This document shows, piece after piece, positions 49,132 through 58,469 of a DNA stretch of 64,000 nucleotides. Position 1 is the stretch's first letter; every line of letters begins with the position of its first letter. The notes under the pieces were generated by a model. That model was given only the letters and a program-made list of their open reading frames with translations. It was not told the DNA's origin and did no database searches. The stretch comes from Candidatus Latescibacterota bacterium (GTDB lineage Bacteria; Latescibacterota; UBA2968), in NCBI GenBank assembly GCA_965205975.1, contig OZ242195.1:1056001-1120000 (forward strand), in the 5' to 3' direction. A program made the position numbers and the translations under genes.

Positions 49132-51429
49132 ATGGCATTGACAATTGACGAAAAGCCCGCACAGCCGGGGGAATGGGGATTTAGACCGGAAAATGTGACG
49201 ACAGAGGAGACACCACCGGCATTTGTGTGGCGCCCGCAGGAGAATGCTGAGAGCTATGATATCCAGTGTGCGCGGGGCGCGGATTTTTCAAAGGTCGCGT
49301 ACGAGGCACGGAGATTGAACTATACGGTTCACCGCCCGGCAGAGGTGTTTGAATCGGGACAGTGGTATTGGCGGTTCCGATTTGTCGATGGGTGTGGACA
49401 GGTGTCGGATTGGAGTTCGGGGCGCGCTTTTGTGATTGCCCAGAATGCAAAAGCATTGCCATTGCCCAAACGCAGTGAATTGATTGGGCGCATCCCCAAG
49501 AGCCATCCGCGCCTGTTTGTGCGCCCAGAGGACCTGGATGGCTTGCGCGCACGAGCGCGAGGAGATCTGAAACCGATTTACGACGATCTGGTCGCAACGT
49601 GCGAAGATATCCTGGCCGATATGCCATCTACCGAAGAACCACCCCTGTATCCCGAGGGGACTGTTGTTCTGAGTGAGGAATGGCGGGGGATCTGGTGGGG
49701 AAACCGGATGTACACGATTCGCGTGTTAAACAGCGCGGCCACGCTGGCTTTTACGCGGCTTTTGGGTGGGCAAGATCACTATGGCGAGAAGGCTAAAGAA
49801 CTGCTGCTGGCGTGTGCCAAATGGGATCCCCTGGGGGCGACCGGGTATCGGTATAATGACGAAGCGGGTATGCCGTATAATTACTATTTTTGCCGCACCT
49901 ATACGTTTGTGAACGATTTGTTGAGCGAAGAAGAGCGCGATATATGCCGGGCGGTGATGAAGGTGCAGGGGCAGGAGATGTACGACCATCTGGCGACTGA
50001 GATGCGCTATTTGTGGCACCCTTATGGGAGTCATGCTGGTCGTGCCTGGCATTTTTTGGGTGAGATTGGTGTGGCATTTTTGGATGAGATTCCCGAAGCG
50101 GAGGAGTGGGTGTGGTTCGCGATGAATGTGTTTGGTGCGGTGTATCCCGCGTGGTGCGATGAAGATGGCGGCTGGCACCAGGGATTGCAATACTGGGAGA
50201 GTTATGTTCAGCGCTTTACGTGGTGGGCAGATATCATGCAGGCGGCAATGGGGATTGATGCGTATTGCAAACCGTATTTTGCACGCGCTGGCGATTATCC
50301 GATGTATTTTCAGCCTCCAGGTACGCGCGGGGGTGGCGTGGGCGATTTGACGACGACGAGAACATCGGATCAGAATTGCGATTTGATGCACACTCTGGCG
50401 GCTCAGGCGCGCAATCCATATTGGAAGTGGTATGTGGATATGCACCCGCAGAAAGAGAAAGAGGGTACGAGAGCGCGCAGGTTGGATGCCGTGGGTGCCG
50501 GGCGGTCGCTCTATATTGATTTTGTGCGGGGGGCATTGCCAGAAGTGCGCGGGGAAGCGCCGGTGGATTTGCCTGCTTCAAAATGTTTTCGCGGTACGGG
50601 GTTGGTGGCGATGAATTCGGATTTGACGGATGGGAAAAACAATGTGTCGGTCATTTTTAAGAGCAGTCCATTGGGGTCACAGAGTCACGGTTTTGACGCG
50701 CAAAATTCATTTTCGCTATTTGCTTTTGGCGAGCGGTTGTTGATTCACACGGGCCAGCGCGATATTCACGGCAGCGACCACCACAAGAATTGGATGCACC
50801 ATACAAGATCAACCAATTGCATTGGGGTAAATGGCGAGAGTCAGTTGTGCAATCACGCGGCGGCAACGGGTGAAATTCTGGATTTTCAAACGTCGGATGT
50901 ATGTGATTATGTGGCTGGCGAAGCCGCCCCGGCTTATGGGGGGAAGCTGAAAAAATTTACGCGGCAGATTTTGTTTGCCAAACCCGATGCGGTGGTGATT
51001 TACGATACGGTGGTGGCACCTGAGGCTTCGATATTTCAGTATTATTTGCACGCTGAAACGGAGATGGCTATCGAGGGTCAGACACTAAAAATTACAACGG
51101 GTGATGCGGGCTGTGTGGTGTCTCTGCTGCGTCCTGAAAACTTGAAAATCAGTCAGACAGATCAATTTGATCCACCGCCGAGAGAACGCGTTCAACTCAG
51201 AGAGTATCACGTGACGGCAGAGACACCGATACCGCAGGAAGAGACCACATTTATTGCGGTATTGCGACCGCACAGGACGGGGGCTGTGCCCAAAGGTGAT
51301 CCCGTTTTGATGGATGATGGAACGCTAATGGTACCATTGCCCGATGGCGAGTTGAAGGTTTGGGTGGGCGAGACATTGCGCGCTGAGAAAAGGGATCAAA
51401 AAGGTGTTGTGGTGGCAACTTTGCCTTGA
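49132..51429 (+). CDS. Heparinase II/III-like polysaccharide lyase (DUF4962-type)
   Basis: HPRLF, GGWHQGLQYW, SHGFDAQNSF and H..WMHHTRSTN motifs. AAGGAG RBS. Confidence 0.8.
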   Translation: MALTIDEKPAQPGEWGFRPENVTTEETPPAFVWRPQENAESYDIQCARGADFSKVAYEARRLNYTVHRPAEVFESGQWYWRFRFVDGCGQVSDWSSGRAFVIAQNAKALPLPKRSELIGRIPKSHPRLFVRPEDLDGLRARARGDLKPIYDDLVATCEDILADMPSTEEPPLYPEGTVVLSEEWRGIWWGNRMYTIRVLNSAATLAFTRLLGGQDHYGEKAKELLLACAKWDPLGATGYRYNDEAGMPYNYYFCRTYTFVNDLLSEEERDICRAVMKVQGQEMYDHLATEMRYLWHPYGSHAGRAWHFLGEIGVAFLDEIPEAEEWVWFAMNVFGAVYPAWCDEDGGWHQGLQYWESYVQRFTWWADIMQAAMGIDAYCKPYFARAGDYPMYFQPPGTRGGGVGDLTTTRTSDQNCDLMHTLAAQARNPYWKWYVDMHPQKEKEGTRARRLDAVGAGRSLYIDFVRGALPEVRGEAPVDLPASKCFRGTGLVAMNSDLTDGKNNVSVIFKSSPLGSQSHGFDAQNSFSLFAFGERLLIHTGQRDIHGSDHHKNWMHHTRSTNCIGVNGESQLCNHAAATGEILDFQTSDVCDYVAGEAAPAYGGKLKKFTRQILFAKPDAVVIYDTVVAPEASIFQYYLHAETEMAIEGQTLKITTGDAGCVVSLLRPENLKISQTDQFDPPPRERVQLREYHVTAETPIPQEETTFIAVLRPHRTGAVPKGDPVLMDDGTLMVPLPDGELKVWVGETLRAEKRDQKGVVVATLP

Positions 51430-51464
51430 GGTGAATCCTTGAACACTGTTAATGGAGGTGTGGC

Positions 51465-52745
51465 ATGATGCTCAAAGAGATGACAAATTCCGCTTCGGCG
51501 TTGACGGACGAGACATTTGAGGCGTTGTTCGAAGCCTGCCGGCCCCAAAAGGAAGGGTGGACAGATATTCCCTGGATCGGAGAACTCTGGAAGGGGCGAC
51601 AGAAGGCGGCGCGCGAGGAGAAACCACTGTTCATCTGGGCGATGAATGGTCATCCTCTGGGGTGTACGTGAAATAACGGGGTTACGGGCCGTGCGCTCGT
51701 TTTTTCAGATCCGCGCGTGATTGAGTTTTTGAATGAACGGTTTATCCCTGTGGCTGTGAACAATACCCGATTGCAGCGACAGGCCGATGATGAGGGTCGG
51801 TTTTTGCGCCTGATCTCCTGGCAAGGGCGGTACGGGTATTCTTTTGAGGAAGCACGGGCCAGATTGGAGGATATCGATCACGGGCTGAATCATCAGGGTT
51901 TATATGCAGTGACAACAGAGGGGGAAGTGTTGGGTAGTCGCAACAGGCTATTTCCGGGTGGCAAGCTTCCTGTACATGGTGTTGGTAGCGATCCAGACCA
52001 ATTTTTGTGGATGTTGAGACGGGCGCTGGAGAACTGGGAGAACCGCAAGACCCAGCGCGAGACATTGGAAATCGAAGATTTGGCGTACCGGGATCCCACA
52101 TTTAGCTGGATGGGGTATCCTGAAGAGGGATTGGTTTTACATCTGGGCGTTCGGGACCTGCCCCGGGAGGTGGATACGCGGCCTTCGGGAATGAAGCGAG
52201 AGGCGCACAATCAGGATTACGTCTGGTTTCGACGGGAAGAGGTGCTGTCTATGATTCCACTGGATGCAGTTGCGGGCGATGTTATTCCCGTGCCCGATGG
52301 GCTGGTCAGACGGCTGGTGCGTTATCATCTGGCGGATTATGTCCGAGGGGAAACGTCTTCGTGGCCATCCGAGGCGATCCGAGATGCGTCTATGACGTTG
52401 ACGGTGACTGAGGAGACACCGGAATGGGTTAATTTAAGGCTTTCCGGATCCGCGCAGTTGCTCTCGGAGGGGAGTTGGTACGAGGGCGTGTGCCAGGAGC
52501 GAGGGCTGGATGCATCGCTGTTGGGTTATCTCCGTTTTGATCGACGGACGGAACAGTTCGTGAGATTCGATGTTGTGGCGGTGGGATCGAGATGGGGTGG
52601 CACGGACTACAACGTACGGCAGGATGATCTGGAGCCTGCACCTATCGGGATTGCGATGACGATTGCTGGGAGGGAGGCGAGGGATCGCACAGCTCCGCAT
52701 GCGTGCCAGAGTCGAGGTGGTCTGGAAAGGTATTTTAATGCGTGA
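51465..52745 (+). CDS. Putative selenoprotein, thioredoxin-like fold with CxU motif (TGA 51669-51671 read as Sec); 426 aa
   Basis: ORFs 51465-51671 and 51717-52745 share a frame with no other stop between them. Read-through gives KPLFIWAMNGHPLGCT-U-NNGVTGRALVFSDPRVIEFLNERFIPVAV. GGAGG RBS only before 51465. Confidence 0.8.
51675..51701 (+). promoter_or_regulatory. Candidate bacterial SECIS hairpin
   Basis: AACGGG/CUCGUU lower stem, G-C pair, bulged U, UACG/CGUG upper stem and a G-first apical loop about 16 nt after the UGA. Confidence 0.6.
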
Positions 52746-52828
52746 TTTGATAGTTGGGATGTGTTTTATTTAAAAAAACTCGGCTCTTGCCGAGTTTTTT
52801 GTTTTTTCTCCACGATTTTTTATCTGAG

Positions 52829-52857
52829 GGAACGCCCGACCAGAGATACAGGTCTAA
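52829..52857 (+). promoter_or_regulatory. ECF sigma-type promoter candidate
   Basis: GGAAC-N18-GTCTAA upstream of the YHYH/sulfatase operon. Confidence 0.5.
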
Positions 52858-52900
52858 TAATTCAGGGCCGAAGGGAGTAACCAATCCACCGGAGAAAAAA

Positions 52901-54469
52901 ATGACCAGATATACACATAAATCGCCTGCTTCTATTGACCGAAGGGATTTTATCCACCTGGCCGGTCTTGGCGTAATGGGCGCGCTTGTTCTGGGGCTGG
53001 ATGTTCCTGTTGGCGCGCAAAAACAGCCCAATTTTATTTTTATGGTTTCTGACGATCAGGGGTGGGATGGCCTTTCGGTGCAGATGCACGATGCGATTGC
53101 TGGCTCAAAGAGCGACTTCTATCTGACCCCCAATATCGAGAAACTGGCACAGCAGGGCATGCGCTTTTCGGCTGCTTATTCGCCTGCTCCTGTTTGTGCG
53201 CCAACCCGATGTAGCTTTCAAACGGGTAAGAGTCCAGCAAAGAACCACTGGACAACGGTAGCCCCTCGTCAGGGTGCCACAGAGAACCATAAGCTCATCA
53301 CACCGATACATGGCAGAAATCTTGTCAGGAGTGAGACGACGATTGCCGAAGTGTTGCAACAGGCAGGTTATGCCACGGCGCATTACGGCAAATGGCATCT
53401 GGGTGGTGGCGGACCGGGCAATCACGGTTATGATGTCCACGATGGCAATACGGGGAATCAGGATGCGGCGCCTCATGTCGATCCCAATCCGGTGGATATT
53501 TTTGGCATGTCCCGGCGTGCGAATGCGTTTATGGAAGAGAATACCGAAGCTGGCAAGCCATTCTTTATCCAGTTGTCTTATTATGCGCTGCATTATCCCC
53601 GGAATGCGCTGGAAAGCACGCGGCAGGCATACCTCAATCGACCGAGAGGGCGCGTCCATCAAAATGTCAATCGCGCGGCGATTACCGAAGACCTGGATAC
53701 GGGGGTGGGTATGATCATGGACCAGGTTGAGCAACTCGGCATTGGTGACCACACCTATCTGATTTACATGTCTGATAATGGTGCTGTGGGAGGCGGTCTG
53801 GGTGTGTTGCGCGGGTCGAAGGGTTCTCTGTGGGAGGGTGGTATTCGCGTGCCGTTGATCATCCAGGGACCAGGTATAGAGCCAAATGCAGTTTGTCACG
53901 AACGCGTGGTCGGTGTTGATCTGTTTCCCACGCTTTGCGAACTGGGCGGTGTAAGTCAGCCGTTGCCATCGGGTATTGAGGGGGGGAGTATCGCGTCGTT
54001 ATTATCTGGTGGGTCGGGTGCGGTTGTGAGACCTCGTGAGGAATTGGTCTTTCATTTTCCGCATTATCAAAGTGAGGATGATGGACCGCATTCGGCAATT
54101 ATATTGGACGATTACAAGCTGATCAAGTTTTACGAGACCGATGATGTGCGATTGTATGATTTGGTCAATGATATTGGGGAACAAAATGATTTGTCCAAAG
54201 ATATGGGGGAAGAAGCGATGCGCCTGCGCGAACGACTCGAACAGTATCTCGAGTCTGTTGACGCTCAGATGCCAGTGCCCAATCCGAATTATACGACAGG
54301 CAAGTCGAGTGATTTTAATGGCGATGGGGAAATCGATTTTGAGGATTTTCTCGAATTTGCCAGAGCTTATGGGTCGGAGGACGCCCGGTTTGATCTGGAC
54401 AATAGCGGGCAGGTGGATTTTGCCGATTTTTTGAGGTTTATACAAGATTTTAGCAGCGCGGGGAATTAG
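52901..54469 (+). CDS. Tat-exported sulfatase with C-terminal EF-hand/dockerin-like module
   Basis: DRRDFI Tat motif, SDD, CAPTR, GKWH, SDNG. C-terminal DFNGDGEIDFEDF/DLDNSGQVDFADF. Confidence 0.9.
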   Translation: MTRYTHKSPASIDRRDFIHLAGLGVMGALVLGLDVPVGAQKQPNFIFMVSDDQGWDGLSVQMHDAIAGSKSDFYLTPNIEKLAQQGMRFSAAYSPAPVCAPTRCSFQTGKSPAKNHWTTVAPRQGATENHKLITPIHGRNLVRSETTIAEVLQQAGYATAHYGKWHLGGGGPGNHGYDVHDGNTGNQDAAPHVDPNPVDIFGMSRRANAFMEENTEAGKPFFIQLSYYALHYPRNALESTRQAYLNRPRGRVHQNVNRAAITEDLDTGVGMIMDQVEQLGIGDHTYLIYMSDNGAVGGGLGVLRGSKGSLWEGGIRVPLIIQGPGIEPNAVCHERVVGVDLFPTLCELGGVSQPLPSGIEGGSIASLLSGGSGAVVRPREELVFHFPHYQSEDDGPHSAIILDDYKLIKFYETDDVRLYDLVNDIGEQNDLSKDMGEEAMRLRERLEQYLESVDAQMPVPNPNYTTGKSSDFNGDGEIDFEDFLEFARAYGSEDARFDLDNSGQVDFADFLRFIQDFSSAGN

Positions 54470-54499
54470 CAAATAATTGTTTGTATAGGAGATTATATC

Positions 54500-55723
54500 A
54501 TGCGGTTTGTTGGGTTTGCGATGGTTGTGTGTTTGCTATGCGCTTTGAACACGAATGCCTACAGTGCGGATTCCTTATCCGTCGAGGCGGGCTATGGTCG
54601 GATTGTGCTTCCGGGGTCTCAGGTGGACCTCAAGGCCACACTTATCAATGGTCCGGGTGCCCAGGTTGTGTGGCGGCAAGTGCGCGGGACAGCGGCGACG
54701 ATCCGTTCACCAGACGCGCTGCAAACGACTGTGAGCGTTCCTGCCGATGTCAGCAGTGCGGAGACATTGCTATTTGAAGTGCGTGCTGAGATGGAATCGG
54801 GTCAACAAGCATCGGATACCGTTTGGATCGAGGTGTACGTACCTGAACAGAATTCCGCCGATCTGACGCTTATGGCAGATTTTTCGCCGAAAGTTGGCTG
54901 GGAGTGCAACCAGGATCCAGTAGAGGTTCCAGAGGTTCAGACCCGCGTTCTGGAAAATACCATCGAATACACGACCAATGGTATTCCCACCCATGCGACG
55001 GGAATATTTCCCAATCGGGGAAATCCGAACATGATTTGGTCGGTGCCGCAAACATGGCGAATTCCCCGCTATCCCGAAAAGACGGATACGCCCACTGAAA
55101 TGGCTACATTTGGCATTACGCTCGAGGGCATCAAACTCGAACCCGGCACTGCGGAGAGTTATCGCAATCAGCGGCAGTGGAATTACGAGGCACTGACCCC
55201 GGGTATGGCGCACCGATTGAGCGGCAATGCGCGGTTCGAATGGCTGGGTACAGATTGCAATAACGCACACGTTCAGCCAACGGGCATTTACCACTACCAC
55301 GGCGTGCCGCATGGCCTGGTCAATGAACTCGCCAGTGAAGCAGAGGGCCAGGCGATGGTATTGGTCGGGTATGCTGCCGATGGTTTTCCAGTCTATGTCG
55401 CCAGCGGACCCAATGCTCCTGAGGGGAGTTGGGAATTGCGCTCAGGCACGCGAGAAAGCGGGCCCGGGGGGGAATACGACGGCACATTTCGGGAAGATTG
55501 GCAATTTGTTGAGGGATCGGGTGACCTCGATCAATGCAATGGTCGGTTTGGGGTTACACCCGAGTTTTCGAAAGGAATATATCATTACTATCTTACCGAC
55601 GACTATCCGTACATGCCCCGCTGTGTCTGGGGGACGCCCGATCCTTCGTTCCGTCAACGCCGGGCTGGTGGACGACCTCCCGGCGGCCCGGGTTTCAGAA
55701 GGCGTCCACCGCGGCGGCGCTGA
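54500..55723 (+). CDS. Secreted YHYH-domain protein with Ig/PKD-like domain
   Basis: Signal peptide, AHVQPTGIYHYHG, GYAADGFP, DLDQCNGR and YHYY motifs. Confidence 0.85.
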   Translation: MRFVGFAMVVCLLCALNTNAYSADSLSVEAGYGRIVLPGSQVDLKATLINGPGAQVVWRQVRGTAATIRSPDALQTTVSVPADVSSAETLLFEVRAEMESGQQASDTVWIEVYVPEQNSADLTLMADFSPKVGWECNQDPVEVPEVQTRVLENTIEYTTNGIPTHATGIFPNRGNPNMIWSVPQTWRIPRYPEKTDTPTEMATFGITLEGIKLEPGTAESYRNQRQWNYEALTPGMAHRLSGNARFEWLGTDCNNAHVQPTGIYHYHGVPHGLVNELASEAEGQAMVLVGYAADGFPVYVASGPNAPEGSWELRSGTRESGPGGEYDGTFREDWQFVEGSGDLDQCNGRFGVTPEFSKGIYHYYLTDDYPYMPRCVWGTPDPSFRQRRAGGRPPGGPGFRRRPPRRR

Positions 55724-55757
55724 AACGATAGGGTATGAAGATTATAAGAAGAGGCTA

Positions 55758-57164
55758 ATGATGAGGCGAAAATTGAGGATGTTCAGATTGGTTTTTTGCC
55801 TGATGAGTGTGTTGTGTACCAGTTATGCAGAAGGGCACATGCTCTACAGCGATGAGAGTGATGTGACGGATTTCAATGGCGACGGAAAAACGGATTTCGA
55901 TGATTTTATTTTGTTCGTGGCCGCATTTGATTCACAACAGGTGCCGTTCGATCTAAATGGGAATGGTCTGGTAGATTTTCCCGATTTTCTGATATTTGTC
56001 GCCCAATTTGGTCAAACGTCTCCGCACGAAACGCCAGATACCTTATCCGTCGAGGCGGGCTATGGTCGGATTGTTCTTCCGGGTACACAGGTGCAACTCA
56101 ACGCCACGCTTAATGGTTCGGGTGCTCAGATTGCGTGGCGGCAAGTGGGCGGCATCGTGGCGGAGATTCGTTCACCAAACGCGCTCCAGCCGATTGTTAG
56201 CGTTCCCGCTATGGTCGGCCAGCCGGAGACCTTGCTGTTTGAAGTGCGTGCCGAAAAGGGTTCGGGGCAACAAGACTCGGATATCGTTTGGGTCGAGGCG
56301 TACGTGCCGCAACAGGATGTCACAGATTTGACGCTTGTGGCTGATTTTTCGCCGAGAAATGGTTGGGAGTGTAACCGCGATCCCGTCGCGGTTCCCGAGG
56401 TGCATACCCGCGTTCTGGATACGGTGATTGAATATACTACCAATGGCATTCCCGCCCATGCCACGGGACATTTTCCCAATCGGGGAAATCCAAATACGAT
56501 AGCCCCGGTGACGCAAACCTGGCGGATTCCCCGCTATCCCGAAAAGACGGATACACCTACTGATATGGCTACATTTGGCATCACGCTGGACGGTATCAAA
56601 CTCGAGCGCGATACCGCCGAGAGTTATCGCAACCAACGGCAGTGGAGTTACGAGGCACTGACCCCGGGTATGGCGCGCCGATTGAGCGGCAATGCGCGGT
56701 TCGAATGGCTGGGGACAGATTGCAATAACGCGCACGTTCAGCCAACTGGTGTGTACCACTACCACGGCGTGCCGCACGGCCTGGTCAATGAACTCGCCAG
56801 TGAGGCAGAGGGCCAGGCGATGGTATTGGTCGGATATGCTGCCGATGGTTTTCCATTTTATGTCGCCCTCGGACCCGATGCGCCCGAGGGTAGTTGGGAA
56901 TTGCGCCAGGGTACGCGAGAAAGCGCGCCGGGAGGGGCTTATGACGGCACGTTTCGGGAAGATTGGCGATATGTCGGGGGATCGGGCGACCTGGATCAGT
57001 GCAATGGTCGGTTCGGGGTGACGCCCGAGTTTCCGGAAGGGATCTACCATTATTATCTGACCGAGGATTACCCGTACATACCTCGCTGTGTCTGGGGGAC
57101 GCCCGATTCTTCGTTTCGGCGACGTCGGGCTGGTGGCCCACCTCCCGGTGGTCCAGGAGGTTGA
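55758..57164 (+). CDS. Secreted EF-hand/dockerin-like plus PKD-like plus YHYH protein (paralog of 54500)
   Basis: Start MMRRKLR at 55758 with GAGG RBS. DFNGDGKTDFDDF and YHYHG motifs. Confidence 0.85.
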   Translation: MMRRKLRMFRLVFCLMSVLCTSYAEGHMLYSDESDVTDFNGDGKTDFDDFILFVAAFDSQQVPFDLNGNGLVDFPDFLIFVAQFGQTSPHETPDTLSVEAGYGRIVLPGTQVQLNATLNGSGAQIAWRQVGGIVAEIRSPNALQPIVSVPAMVGQPETLLFEVRAEKGSGQQDSDIVWVEAYVPQQDVTDLTLVADFSPRNGWECNRDPVAVPEVHTRVLDTVIEYTTNGIPAHATGHFPNRGNPNTIAPVTQTWRIPRYPEKTDTPTDMATFGITLDGIKLERDTAESYRNQRQWSYEALTPGMARRLSGNARFEWLGTDCNNAHVQPTGVYHYHGVPHGLVNELASEAEGQAMVLVGYAADGFPFYVALGPDAPEGSWELRQGTRESAPGGAYDGTFREDWRYVGGSGDLDQCNGRFGVTPEFPEGIYHYYLTEDYPYIPRCVWGTPDSSFRRRRAGGPPPGGPGG

Positions 57165-57188
57165 CGAAGTCCATCGCTACACATTCGA

Positions 57189-57227
57189 GGGCGAGCAGTT
57201 GTAGGGACGATGCCTTTGTGCTCGCCC
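57189..57227. repeat. Intergenic hairpin containing a degenerate GTAG REP-like sequence
   Basis: GGGCGAGCA...TGCTCGCCC stem enclosing GTAGGGACGA. Confidence 0.4.
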
Positions 57228-57281
57228 ATCGGATGATCACATAACTTGATCGGGTATATCTGCGCGGAGGAGACAGACATC

Positions 57282-58439
57282 ATGTTTTTTAAATTATTGA
57301 AATCAAAATGGGTGCTGGGTGCGGTCTTCGCTTTATTTTGTATTTTTAGCCCAATCACTTTGAAAGCGTCACTGCCCGATTTTGATGGCGATGGCAAGGT
57401 CGATTTTTCCGATTTTCTACTTTTTGTAGCTGTATTTGGGCAATCGGCAGTTGGGCAAAATGCGATTTACGATCTGGACACAAGTGGAACAGTCGATTTT
57501 GGAGATTTTTTAATTTTTGCTACTGCATTTGGACAACCCGTCTCTGATCCTATTCGCGGTGTTAGCACTCAAGGATTTGCAACGCAAACAATTGCCAATT
57601 TGCTCGATTGTCCCGGGGGGCGTATAAGTCGTGTGGGGACAATTACATCTGACGATGGCAATGTGTGGATTATGCCTGCCGAGACGCAATACACAACCGC
57701 GAGACATGCATCGGATATGTATAACCAATGCACAGGTGTTTTCACTTCCAATAGCAGTGCTTTCAATTTGTCGGCTGTGCCAGTTGTAGAGATCGATCAA
57801 GACGGTGAGACGATTACGGGATATATCTTTGCTGACAATTACTTTGAATTGTATGTGAACGGTATCTTGATCGCGGTTGATGCAGTTCCGTTCACCCCGT
57901 TTAATTCGAGCATGGTTCGGTTTAAGGTTAAGCGGCCATTTACGATTGCAATGAAGTTGGTTGATTGGGAAGAGAATTTGGGGCTTGGTACAGAAGCTAA
58001 TCGCAATTTTTTACATCATCCTGGAGATGGTGGTTTGGTAGCGAGTTTTCACGATGCCAATGGAAATACTGTTGCAATTACAAATGATCAATGGAAAGCG
58101 CAGACCTTCTATATTGCACCCATTAGAGATTTGAGCTGTATTGTCGAGAGGGAAACCGAGCATTTGTCCGGCGACTGTGACACGCGTGGTACAAATGATG
58201 GCAGTCAATTTTACGCAATGCACTATTCCGTCCCATCTAACTGGTCTGAAAGCGACTTTGATGATTCGGCCTGGCCACGGGCATATACTTATACAAATGC
58301 GACAGTTGGCGTGAACAATAAACCCGCATATACAAATTTTACGGATCTATTTGATGATCCTGAGCACGATGCACAATTTATCTGGTCGTCGAATCTCATT
58401 TTGGACAATGAAGTGATTGTGCGATATACCGTAAAGTAG
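57282..58439 (+). CDS. Secreted EF-hand/dockerin-like plus beta-sandwich hypothetical protein
   Basis: Signal peptide, DFDGDGKVDFSDF, ADNYFELYVNG and FDDSAWP motifs. Confidence 0.75.
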   Translation: MFFKLLKSKWVLGAVFALFCIFSPITLKASLPDFDGDGKVDFSDFLLFVAVFGQSAVGQNAIYDLDTSGTVDFGDFLIFATAFGQPVSDPIRGVSTQGFATQTIANLLDCPGGRISRVGTITSDDGNVWIMPAETQYTTARHASDMYNQCTGVFTSNSSAFNLSAVPVVEIDQDGETITGYIFADNYFELYVNGILIAVDAVPFTPFNSSMVRFKVKRPFTIAMKLVDWEENLGLGTEANRNFLHHPGDGGLVASFHDANGNTVAITNDQWKAQTFYIAPIRDLSCIVERETEHLSGDCDTRGTNDGSQFYAMHYSVPSNWSESDFDDSAWPRAYTYTNATVGVNNKPAYTNFTDLFDDPEHDAQFIWSSNLILDNEVIVRYTVK

Positions 58440-58469
58440 TGTTATGCTATGGTGAGAGGAATTGGCCCA

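Noticed and set aside
51465..51671. Independent 68-aa protein or nonsense pseudogene
   Set aside because: The stop is TGA exactly at the redox motif, is followed by a hairpin, and the downstream frame is intact. Sec recoding explains this better, though it is unproven.
55227..55757. 177-aa N-terminal extension of the 645-aa ORF
   Set aside because: It is an alternative frame over the 54500 YHYH gene. The true start at 55758 matches the 60049 paralog.
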